Source of the DNA: Lingula anatina
Taxonomy: Eukaryota; Animalia; Brachiopoda
Reading direction: 5' to 3'
NCBI GenBank assembly: GCA_051362555.1
Contig: CM120645.1
Coordinates: forward strand, 5,952,001 to 6,016,000
DNA length: 64,000 nucleotides
The translations under genes were made by a program, and so were the position numbers. Shown piece after piece: positions 1 through 10,937 of this stretch (position 1 is its first letter; each line of letters opens with the position of its first letter). Below the pieces are notes generated by a model. The model ran no database searches. It had not been told where the DNA came from and worked only from the letters and a program-made list of their open reading frames with translations.

Positions 1-73
1 CATCGTTGAATGTGACTCTATGACATCATAACTTGACCTTTACCATGACCTTTGATCTTTGCATTTACAATAG

Positions 74-2026
74 GTACGGGGGAATATTGCTGCCCATATT
101 ACACGTCATATGGCACTTACAAACCATCGTTCTATTGTTCCCAGTACTGCTGCGGGACGTCTACCAGTAAATACTGCTGTGACTCGTACTTAAACAGATA
201 CTACCCGAGTTATTCCTATAAATGGTTATGCCCGCTCGCCACTCCACCCACCACAACAACAGGTTCGTTTGTAATTATAATCGATTTAATTTTTCATTTG
301 GTCAGTGTATATACTGGTACATGTTAGCTACAATCGACGTTAATTGAAACTGTGCGATGTGACCATTTAAGTTCTGACCTTGACCTTATTCTTGACCTTT
401 GGCTTTTTAGGTTCAGGAGAATATTGCTGCGCATATTACACGTCCTATGGCAGTTACAGTAGATCTTTCCACTGTTCCAAGTACTGCTGTGGGACATCTA
501 CGATTAAATACTGCTGTTCCTCGTACTCAAGCAGATATTACAAGAGTTATTCCTATCTTTCCTTGTGCCCCACCCCCTCAAACAACTGGAGCAGCTGGAC
601 ATCGAGAACTTCTTCAGGCACCATAAATGTGTACGTACGTTTTTTCTTTCAAATAGTCTAGAGCTGATCTCTGTGAGTGTGAATCATAGCCCATTCGTTA
701 ACATGTTCTTTTTTACTCGACAGAGTTTTAACGTGATTTAGTGCTTGTTTTCGTTATTTCTAAATCAGCTAGCTACAATTTCATATTGGTTATCATCGCA
801 GTGGCGTATTTAGGAGGGGTGTCAGGGGGGCACTGTACCCCCCTTCGGTTTCTGGAAAAAATCACACCAATATTCCCTCTTGATATTATAATTTTGAAGA
901 GCTGAATCATAGTTCTAAACTGCACCAAATGGCACTGTTTGCCCTCTAAAACACCGAACCCCACACCACAGAGAAAAGGGTCGGCTTCGCATCCAAGGCC
1001 TGTCATTCTTTAAAAACTGGACCACCCCCCTTCAGATAGTCCTAGAATCGCACCTGTATCTTATATTTTTTTCTTTCAGAGTCGGTGCCATAGTAGGCTC
1101 TGTAGTCGGTTTCATTGCCCTGTGTGTCATCATAGGAGTCGTCATCTGCTGCGCAACAGGATGTTGTAGACAAAGAAGAGGGACAGGTGAGTTGTACGAA
1201 TGCATTTGTTATATTACTGGCTGATACTGGTAGATTACTGGAATCTGGGAGCCTGCCTGGCAAGCATAATATACAGGGTTCGATATTGTTGAAGACACTG
1301 TTAGCAAGTCCTAAAGCAGCGTTCAATTTACTATTAGTTTGTTAGTTTTGACATACAAGCATTCATTTTTGAGATAAGATATGCATAAATTAAGTATTAT
1401 AAAACGAAAAACGAAAAAGAGCAAATAAAATGTTCAATAGCTTGGTAGTTGAATCATAAATGAAAATTATCAAACACAAGCCGAAATATTTTCATACCGT
1501 TAGCGTTTGTGTTTGATAATTTTCATTTACGAAAAACGAAAAATTATGCAATATTTTACAAAGACAAGGTAGCCACAAATCAAATGAATTGCGAACTGTA
1601 ATATCGCTCATATGCCTTGTCCATATTTGGCAGAACATAGGCCTATATACCTTCGTAATTTCTGCAGTGCCATCAAATCACATACATCTATTGTATGCAA
1701 AGATACAGATATGACAAAAAAAATACGAAACACTGTTAACGTCATTTAAAAATGTAAATTTATTTACAGTAAATAACCCCCCTGGCAGTGCTGCAGTCGT
1801 GTATACCACATCAGCCGCAGTGCAAAGTGCCCCAGTCGTGGTCACACGACCGCCACCACAAAATCCTGGGTATGGACCAGAGACACCTCAACTGAACGGC
1901 GCTGCAGTTCCTGGCTTTCGATCACCAAATGTAGGGTTGAAAACTGGACTGAGCGTTTTGAAAGCAGGGTTAGGATTAGTTTCCGATTCAGGATTGGAGG
2001 TAACCTCATCGGAAGAGACCTTTTAA
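74..2026 (+). CDS. Gene A (5'-partial): multi-domain Shisa-like type-I membrane protein with a PY-less tail
   Basis: Exons: 74-262 (Cys domain, phase 1-1), 411-630 (Cys domain plus WSSW stalk, phase 1-2), 1080-1186 (TM VGAIVGSVVGFIALCVIIGVVICCATGCCRQRRGT), 1770-2026 (tail VNNPPG...SEETF*). All flanked by AG/GT and phase-compatible. The signal exon lies upstream of the window. Confidence 0.85.
799..1056. mobile_element. Small MITE-like insertion (CAGTGGCG...CGCACCTG termini) in gene A intron
   Basis: GC-rich imperfect terminal inverted repeats in an AT-rich intron. Not seen in the equivalent intron of B, C or D. TSD only partially matched. Confidence 0.45.
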
Positions 2027-3014
2027 TGACTGGCACGCGCATGCCATGGTTTCCCCTGCATTATCATAATCAAGATAGTATGTGATTCTTCGCATAGAAA
2101 TTAATGGAATAATTCTCATATTAATTGGATATAATATAATCGGATACGTTCTAAGGTTATCCCAGGAAGTGCCTCCAGTTTGTATACACTAAATGTATTC
2201 CTTTAAATTGTAATGGGAAATTAGCCTTGAAAATATATGCCTACATTAAATAAATGCGAAGATATGCTTTGCTGCTGCGTTTAAACGGAATGAAAAATTC
2301 AGAAATTACGTTTCAGCAAGCTATAGAAATAGCTGTATATTTAAACCTCGCAAATCGATTGATTTTAGGTTGCTTTCAAAAATTTATATCTTTGAACTTG
2401 CTTGAAAACATTTTGTCAACAATATAAACTGTAAACAAGTGCACAGCCGTTGAGCATGTATCCTAGATATTGAATCTGACTTCATAAACAACATTAACAC
2501 AATCACATTTATCTCTTATCAATTTTTTAATTATATTTTATCCTTTCATTTGTGATCCATTTCAATAATAATCTGCCTAGAAAGCAAGAAAATATTGTAT
2601 ACGGGCCTACCTCGTACATCAAATTAATCATGAAATGATTATACAATAAACTAGACTTAAATGTGAAGAAGAGATGTTCCATATCCACAGATCAATGTTA
2701 TGCACATTGCAAAGCGCCCTCTTTCTGATCGCGACCTAAATAAAAACTGCTGACCTACTTACCGGGCGCACCTGTTTTTATAAATCCGTGTATAATACTG
2801 CATGACCCATTTGCTGAACGGGAGACCAAGCTTACAGGGGCTACATCAGTAGACTTACTCCACGTTTTTAACGGCTCATAAGGGTAGTCTCAGTGCATCG
2901 AATTAGGTTATAAGGGTCTAGCAATCGTACCAAAAAGGTCGCAACACTACGACACCTAGAAGCCACCGTACTTTTGGATAAAATAAAAGAACTGCAGGTT
3001 TCGCTATCAACAAC

Positions 3015-4296
3015 ATGGCTGTCCAATTTAAGGCCATGTTGGCTTGTTTGTTTACGTTGCTGGCAATCATGCACACAGGTACGTAAAATGGGTTCTATAT
3101 ACAGTATAGGCCTACACTGTAGGTCCATCTATTTCAGCGATGATTGTGGAGTGCCCAATTTTACACTGGTAGGCCTATATATACGGACATCACAAACATT
3201 AATGTTTAAAATGCTCACATCTCTACAAATGTGTGTTGATACTACTTAACCGACAGATATCGATCCCATGGTTGAGTGCATAATAGCCGGTGTGACGGGA
3301 ATGGTAGTCCGTTCCCCATTACCATGTAGGCCTACAGGTGGCATTCGGCTAATATAGGGCTACTTACCGGTACATGTACCCTAATACTCCGACTAACCCT
3401 GGACTTCCATTTCTGTGACTATAGGCCTACCATTCCTGTCGAAAACGCATCTCGCCTCCCCACACTTTAACTTTTTCAAGCCGTGTTATCTACCGGTACT
3501 TCCCGGCCCATACTGAAAGTTGGAAACTGATCAGGCAAGCAACCCCCGAGTTGTGTGTAGTGGGGTACGCTTATAAAACATTCCCCTGGGGTTAGGGGGA
3601 AAGGACACAGATGGGAGGGGAAGGGTTTTTTTTACAGGTAGCTTAAATTCTAGATCTACAGTATGAAATTACATATTGCTGTTATAACTACTTTAATTAA
3701 ACATGGCCTTGCTAGCATTTAGAAAATAGTAGGGGCCTATAGGCTACATCCTGGATTGTGCAAGAACAATACAGTAGGCCTATGTTGAAGGTGACTCATT
3801 TTATCAATTGAGTAATGGAGCCGATCACGTCTGCTTTCATCTGTCGTCTGTTTGTAAAATGAAAAGGTTAAGGCAAAAACAAATATAATCTATAGCGGGT
3901 CTGTGATTACAGATGTAAATCCTCCCTTAGCGTTTTAGATACAGACCCAAACGGTTAAAGAAGTCTATACGAACCAGGAAGTGTACCCGGTCTAGAAGGG
4001 CAAATGATCTCACTACAGGCTTACCATCCCAGGCCATCAGATGTCCAGTTAGGCTAGCGAGTTTAATAATCTGAAAACCGAACTCCCTGGGTCTACACTG
4101 TCTTCTTGTATGTAATTTTAATTAAAAATGCGCTAAGCCCTCATACACGACAGCTTGTTGCTTACAGATTTTTTCTTTTTTTTTCTGTGGCTCTTTGGTC
4201 GATTTTCGAATTTGAGGCCTATTAAATACACCTGTCGTGTTTGATAAATTCGCCGCGTGTGAAGGAAAGTTTCGTGCTACAGGCGCGTTGCTATGT

Positions 4297-4327
<31 letters not shown>

Positions 4328-7258
4328 GGGGGGAGGGGAACCTACCGCACTTTTTGCTTGAAAAAGGTTCGCTCTGGGTAAATTTTGATCTAGGTACGCA
4401 AAGGTTTTATGAGAAAAGGTCCACTGTTTTGAAATTGCTGGCCACGAGACTGTGTTTTTTGATTCAGGACTTGGCCACTTTGGGACCGAAAGTTTGTTTT
4501 GGTTAGTTTAGATTCGTGTAGATTCATGTGGGTCTCAGCTTACACTGATTTTTAAAAAATCATGCCACAGCATTTGAGTTATAAGATGAGGAGTTATGCG
4601 TAGGCTACATGTACAATTACAGTAGGCTTCTGTAGGCGTACTGGGGGTATACATTGTATACCATAGTAGATGAAAATTTTATCTGTGATCTAAGGATTTA
4701 ATCTTATAATATTTAGCGGTAACTTCAGTTGGATACAAAGATGGATTGAATTTTTATGTACAGACACAGATGTGTCTGTACATATTGCCATCACCTGCGT
4801 CTGTCGTCGCCGTCGCCGATGCCGATGCCGTCGCCGGCGCCGTGCACTTTCCTTGTAAACACGATAAGTGGAAGGCAGTTTCACTTTTTGGCTTTATATT
4901 TACAGAGCTGATGAATATTCATAAAACGCAGGTCAAGTTCGAAAATCAGCATGATCAGGCCACTATTTTAGTAGTTATGCGGTTTTTTCATTGTTCATAT
5001 ATGGAACACTGTAAACACAATAAAAGAAAAACAGAAAGCCCAACTAAAACGCAGGTTGCTGTTTTTTCACATTTCCTCAGATTTCCTCAGATTTAATTCT
5101 TAGGCATGTTAATAGCCTTATCATTTAAGTAATAAGATACGTAAAAGTGTTTGTTTGACATTTCCTGCATCTTTACAACATTGTTAGTTGATTATGTAAA
5201 AATGCTGATAAACTTGTTATCATGTATTGTGTAATCAAGTGTCAAAAACGGAAATAAACTCATATCATTGCAGTTTGTCAGATTCAATCATCCACTATGT
5301 TCAGAATCTCAGAATGGAGGAAATTGGACATTTAACACTGTTCTATTGATACTTTTCTCATCTCATCAATTTTCTTAGTTGGTCATAAAAAATGGCAGTA
5401 AAATGTTTATTTTGTTTTATGTTAAAAAAGTGTTAAAAACGGAAATAAACCCATTTCAGAACAGTGCTGTCTTGTTTACATTTTGGCATTTTCAAGATGT
5501 GACTTTGAAGTTCCATGGGCCTGAAGACCTTTGCTAGTCACATTTTCTGAATATCTGTGATACTAATATTTAATAAATAAAAATTGATGGTCATTATGCT
5601 GTTAAACATTATGTAATATTGCATCAAAATTTGAAGAAACCCCTATTTTGGGCACTGCTCCCATGATGACCATTGAAGGAAAATAATGTCACTTACTGTT
5701 CTCAAACTTACAGGAAAGAAACATGGGACTAAAATACAGCTTCAGTAGGCAATGCAGTCTGTTTGGTAACTTTTTCTGGCAGTTAAACAGTTTTTTGTGA
5801 AAATTTTATTTTTCACATGTTGGCATTTTTAAGGTGTGACTTTGAAGTTCCATGATCGTGAAGACCTTTACTTGTCATGTTTTCTGAATGTCCATGTTAC
5901 TAATATTTTATTAATAACATTTGATGGTCATTATGCTGTTAAACATTATGTAATGTTGCATCAAAATTTGAAAAAAAAACCTATTTTGGGCACTGCTCCT
6001 ATGCTGACCATTTAAGGGAAATCATGTCACTTACTGTTCTCAAACTTACAGGAAAGAAACATGGGTCTAACATACAGCTTCATTAGGCAATGCAGTCTGT
6101 TTGGTAAATTTTTCTGGCAATTTAACAGTTTTTTGTGAAAATTTGATTTTTCACTTCTTGGCATTTTCAAGGTGCGACTTAGAACCTCCACGGGCTTGAA
6201 GACCCATGCTAGTCACATTTTCTGAAAATCCATGACACATATATTTTATTATTAAAAATTGATGTATTATGCTGTTAAGCATTATGTAATGTTGCATCAA
6301 AACAGAAGAAAACACAATTTTTGGTGCTTCTGCCATGATGACCATTATGGGAAAACCGTGTAACTTATGATTGTCAAACTTTCAAAAAAGAAACACAGGA
6401 CTAAAACGCAGCCCGAGTTGGAAAAGCAGTCTAATTGGCTGCTTTTTCTGGAAGTTATACATTTTAGTGAAATATTCATTATCTTTTTGACATATTCATT
6501 GTGGGACTCGGAGCTCCCATGGACATGAAGCCGGATGGTAATCAAATTTTCTACATGTTCATGCTATTTATAGTCAATAATCAAAAATTGGTGATAATTA
6601 TTCTATAATTTATTATGTAATGTTACATCAAAATTGACAATAATCTTTTTGCACTGCTACTGCAAACATTATGAAAAGAAAACTGTGTTATTTATTATTA
6701 TATTTAACTTATGAGTATGATTTTTAGGATTGGCATGCAGTTCAAATTAGAAAGCCAGGTCAATTGGGTTATCATTTATTATTGAATTTTATGCAATTTT
6801 GTGTGAAATTTCATTTTTCTCATTCTGGCACTTTCTAAGTATAAACTTGAACTCTGATGGGCCTGAAGCCTTATGCTTTTACTTCCGTTGGTGTTACCTG
6901 TTGTGCAAAATTAAAATTTGATGTTGACTGTGCAGTTAAACATAATGTATTATTACATCAGAATTGGTAGTCTCCGATTTTGTGCATTATTGTTTTGTGC
7001 TTTTCTTAAGTTGTGACTTATGGGCCTGAAAGACCTTTGAGAGGGTCAGTCTGTAAATTTCCCTTGGGTATCACTTAGCTAATTTCAGTGTTATAAAGTA
7101 ATTTGCCTAATTAATCGGCCATTAAATGAGATTACATAAAGCACACTTGTTGATATTTCCCTGTAAATTCCCATAGGTTAAGCTCTCTGCTAGATTAATA
7201 ATAAGGAAACAGTGATAATTATGCAGGTGAATTTTGTTTAATATTGCAAATAAGTTTT

Positions 7259-7323
<65 letters not shown>

Positions 7324-9699
7324 TTATTTGCAATATATATATCAAACTCAAAGATTAAAAGTTTGAATAGCAGCTTCATTGGAATTATATTTACCTCTGC
7401 CAAGGAGGTTATATTTTCACCCCTGTTTGTCATCAACATAACTTAAAAAGTTATGGACCGATTTTGCTGAAATTTTCAGGAACTGTCAGAAGTGGGCCAA
7501 AGAGGACAATAATCAATAATAATCAACAATTGCTACCTTGGCAGAGGTCTGCACTCTCGGAGCGCTTTTCTAGTTTTGTTATGTTTTCCTTTATAATTTT
7601 TTCTCAAACACTTGCATTTGTGACTTTTAACTCTCATCCGCCTGAGGCTCTGACATTTCTGTATTTCCACATAAGCAGTTGTATTGTTTTTTATGTCTTT
7701 AAACATTATGTAACTTATGTAATATTATTTTATGCACTGTCATCATTTTTCAAATATTGAGACTTTCATCATGTGAATTTAAACTCATGGTTCTGAAACT
7801 GTAATCTTATTGAAAGGGTAGATTGAGACCATCTTCTGGGTCTTCCGGAAGACAGACAGGATATTAAGTTTATATTGCCTGGTATCTATTTTTTCTTCTG
7901 TTGGAAGACCATCAAAATGGAGGATGGATCAAAATAGATACTTTGGAATACTGTCAGAAAATATCTCTGGGTCCGCTCATGTTATTGACCATTTTACCTG
8001 TTGTGCATGATTAAAATTAGGTGTTGACTGACAGTGCTATTATAAGCATTATTTGCATCAAAATTGACAAAATGACCTATTTTGCATCTTTATTTTCTGT
8101 TTTTTGTCTGTACATTTGACAGCTTTGCTGCCTTGTTGAATAATTTAGTAAGCCACCGAATACTAGAACTCATTGTATCTAAAAAGTAGGACCCTATATG
8201 AACAGGTATGTTTGTTTAGCCTCAGTAAGTTCGTTTATAGTCCTACGTTTTTAGAACTCGTATGTGGGGTCGCTGGCGAACAATCGACCTCAACGGGATA
8301 GCAATTTTGTACAAATTGAGAACAAATTGAGCTGTAAAGATATACTGGTTTTATTACTAATAAGTAAGAAGGAATCCTTCTTATCATAGCCTTATATGAA
8401 AAAGTCAAGGGTATTGAAGTGAGTTCCGTGTGGGGTTGCTTCCTGGCTTGGTGTCCATTTTTTTTTACTAAAAAACCGTTAAAAAAACGTTATCTTTTAT
8501 ATATTATTAAAAATAGATAAAATAATGATTTTTAAAACGTTAAAACGTCTATATGTTTCCTTGATTTAATGAAACGTGCTACTGGTACATGTATACAGTT
8601 ATAAAACAGTATAACATTGGAAGTAATAATTTGATAAGGTTCTTTTTTAAGCTTGACGCTTACTTTAGCCCATCTTTTAAATTTTTCCAGTGAGCGGGGG
8701 TGAATATTGCTGTCCATATTACACGTCATATGGCACCTACAAACCATTGCGCTACTGTTCCACGTACTGCTGCGGGACATCTACCAGTAAATACTGCTGT
8801 ACCTCGCTATATAACAGACACTACCCGAGTTATTCCTTTAGTTCGCTCTGCCCCTCCGCCACCAGGCCAACCACAACAACAGGTTCGTATGTAATTAGAG
8901 TGGATTAAATTTTTCACTTTGTTAGTATACAATTAATATACTGGTACATGTTAGCTACCTTCGACATTAATTGAAAACGGTGTGGTAGGACCATTTGAGT
9001 TCTGGTCTTCATTTTTTCAATGATCTTTCACCTTTGTATTTAAAGTCCGTACAGTAGGTTCAGGAGAATATTGTTGCGCATAACAAATTTTTAGAAAAAA
9101 AAAACAGGGACTAACATTGAATGTAAAAATGGATTCATTAACCATTGGTAAGTATGGTAAAATTGTTGTTTACTCCAGGAAAATTCATTTTTTGGCCAAA
9201 ACGAAGAGTTACAGTATTATCCCTTTTAGCAGATATTATAGGAGTTAAACCTATAGCTGGTTATGCCCACTCGCCAGTCCACCCACCACCACAATAGGTG
9301 GGTTTGTAATAATAACAATCGATGTAATTTTTCATTTGGAACATGTTACCTACTATCAACGTTCCCACCCTTTGTTATGAGACGACCATTTAAGTTATGA
9401 CCTTGACCTTGTCATGACCTTTGTATTTACAGTGAGTTCAGGAGAATACTGCTGCGCATATTACACGTCATCTGGCAGTTACAGAAGCTCGTTCTACTGT
9501 TCCAAGTACTGCTGCGGGACATCTACCAGTAAATACTGCTGTACCTCGTCCTACAGCAGATACTACCGGAGCTATTCCTATCTTTCCTCGTGCCCCACCC
9601 CCTCAAACAACTGGAGCAGTTGGAGCAGCTGGACATCGAGTACTACATCAGGCATCATAAATGTGTATGTATATATTTTTTCTTCCAAATAATCTAGAG

Positions 9700-9771
<72 letters not shown>

Positions 9772-10937
9772 TGCGCGCGCGCGTGCCATCATGTTAACTT
9801 TCTATTTCACTTGATAGGCTTTCAACATGTAATAGTGCTATCAAGATCAATGTAATTCTAGGGTTATTGCATTTTGTTCGTTTTGCATGATGGAGCCGCT
9901 CTCCTTATAATATATCCTGCTGATTCAGACTTATAAAATTTCTTTATAGTGCGGGTGCTATAGTAGGCTCTGTAGTCGGTTTCATCGCCCTGTGTGTCAT
10001 CATAGGAGTCGTCATCTGCTGCGCAACCGGATGCTGTGGTCAGAGGAGAGGAACAGGTAAGAGAGAAGAAACTCTCACGTGTAGTCCTGTTTGGGAGGGG
10101 CAGAACAGAAGAAGCATTTGGGATATTCTTAAAGTACATGATGGAGGATGACGAGACGTAGAGGGTTGTTAAACTTGGTTAATATGTGGTCCTAGCAAAA
10201 GAGGTCGAGTTCTAGAAACGCCCCTGGGCTGCAGAATTCAACAAAACTTGTATCGAGTAGGCTGCTGTATCATGGAACGCTGAAATCAAACACTGTTTTT
10301 TGCCGTTTTTGTGACATTGTATGCTATACGGTGTAAAGAGCAACAAAGAGAAAACGAGACATAATTGCATCTAGAACTACTACATGTGCAGTGTAGTGCT
10401 GGCCGCAGTGATACGTGGATTCCAATGTGTTGCATGTAAATTATGAGTATTTACATTTATTATAACTAAAGTAGACAAAAAGAAGAATGTCAATTACTGT
10501 TAACTACAGTGGATGCTGTAAATTTCTTTACAGTGACCAGACCCCCGGGTAACGGCATAGTAATGATGAACACGCCGCCAACAACGCAAGGTTACCCAGT
10601 TGGGTACGCCCCACCACCAAATACAGCGTATGGGCCAGGGATACCTCAACCGAATGCGGCTTATGGCCCAGGAACACAGCCACCGTATACAGGGTATGGG
10701 CCAGGAATTCCCCCTCAACAGCCGCCAAACACGGAGTTTGGACCAGGAATTCCACCACCACAGCCGCCAAACACAGGGTTTGGGCCAGGAATTCCACCTC
10801 CCAATAACCCATTTGGACCAGGATCGCCACCCAATGCAGAGGCAGCACCACTGGATGCCGCGAAAGGAACCGGAAATGATGCACCCCCTCCCCCATACCC
10901 GGGCACAGACGATACTTACACCGCACTCCAACGTTAA
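3015..10937 (+). CDS. Gene B: Shisa-like protein, 2 intact Cys domains, about 332 aa, PPPY tail
   Basis: Exons: 3015-3078 (signal MAVQFKAMLACLFTLLAIMHT, donor GTACGT), 8691-8882, 9433-9664, 9950-10056 (TM), 10534-10937 (tail with GYGPG-like repeats, PPPPY, TYTAL). Total 999 nt, in frame. Confidence 0.88.
5483..7000. repeat. ~338 bp tandem repeat (4-5 diverging copies) inside the HINE-like element
   Basis: TTGGCATTTTCAAG..TGTGACTTTGAAG-like motif recurs at about 5483, 5820, 6159, 6487 and 6825. Confidence 0.8.
7261..7316. repeat. (TA)n microsatellite
   Basis: Direct observation. Similar tracts at about 30351, 30600 and 43994. Confidence 0.95.
7391..7575 (+). mobile_element. Short nested Helentron-type non-autonomous element
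   Basis: ACCTCTGCCAAGG ... CCTTGGCAGAGGT inverted repeat followed by hairpin GCACTCTCGGAGCGC and TTCTAGTT end. Confidence 0.7.
9046..9297 (+). pseudogene. Disrupted Cys-domain exon (pseudo-exon) within gene B
   Basis: Begins GSGEYCCA then TAA. About 145 bp of unrelated sequence replaces the core, and domain homology resumes at about 9228 (SRYYRS*...WLCP...TT, donor GTGGGT). Confidence 0.85.

Larger units (their letters stand above)
4756..8137 (+). mobile_element. Non-autonomous Helentron/HINE-like element (about 3.4 kb) in gene B intron 1
   Basis: Absent from paralogous intron of gene C (about 16065). It has a 5' hairpin ATGTACAGACACA-ga-TGTGTCTGTACAT, a GTCGCC-type microsatellite, internal ~338 bp tandem repeats, a 3' subterminal TGTCTGTACAT followed by a short hairpin, and a T-rich insertion site. 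This matches the described HINE/DINE-1 architecture. Confidence 0.75.

Noticed and set aside
1458-1529. 22-bp inverted repeat as terminator or ncRNA
   Set aside because: Intronic, AT-rich and not conserved in paralogs; probably a transposon remnant.
2974-3249. 91-aa ORF (and 14382-14654) as a gene
   Set aside because: Wrong frame over the real 64-nt signal exon; conserved only because of the segmental duplication.
7122-7446. Poly-(IY), poly-K, poly-I/Y ORFs (also about 17722, 30329, 31437, 43892, 57547)
   Set aside because: Translations of (TA)n, poly-T and (TAA)n microsatellites.
10911-10930. ITIM/ITSM at tail end (DTYTAL)
   Set aside because: The -2 residue is D/N and does not fit ITIM or ITSM consensus. 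It is better read as a generic YxxPhi sorting motif.
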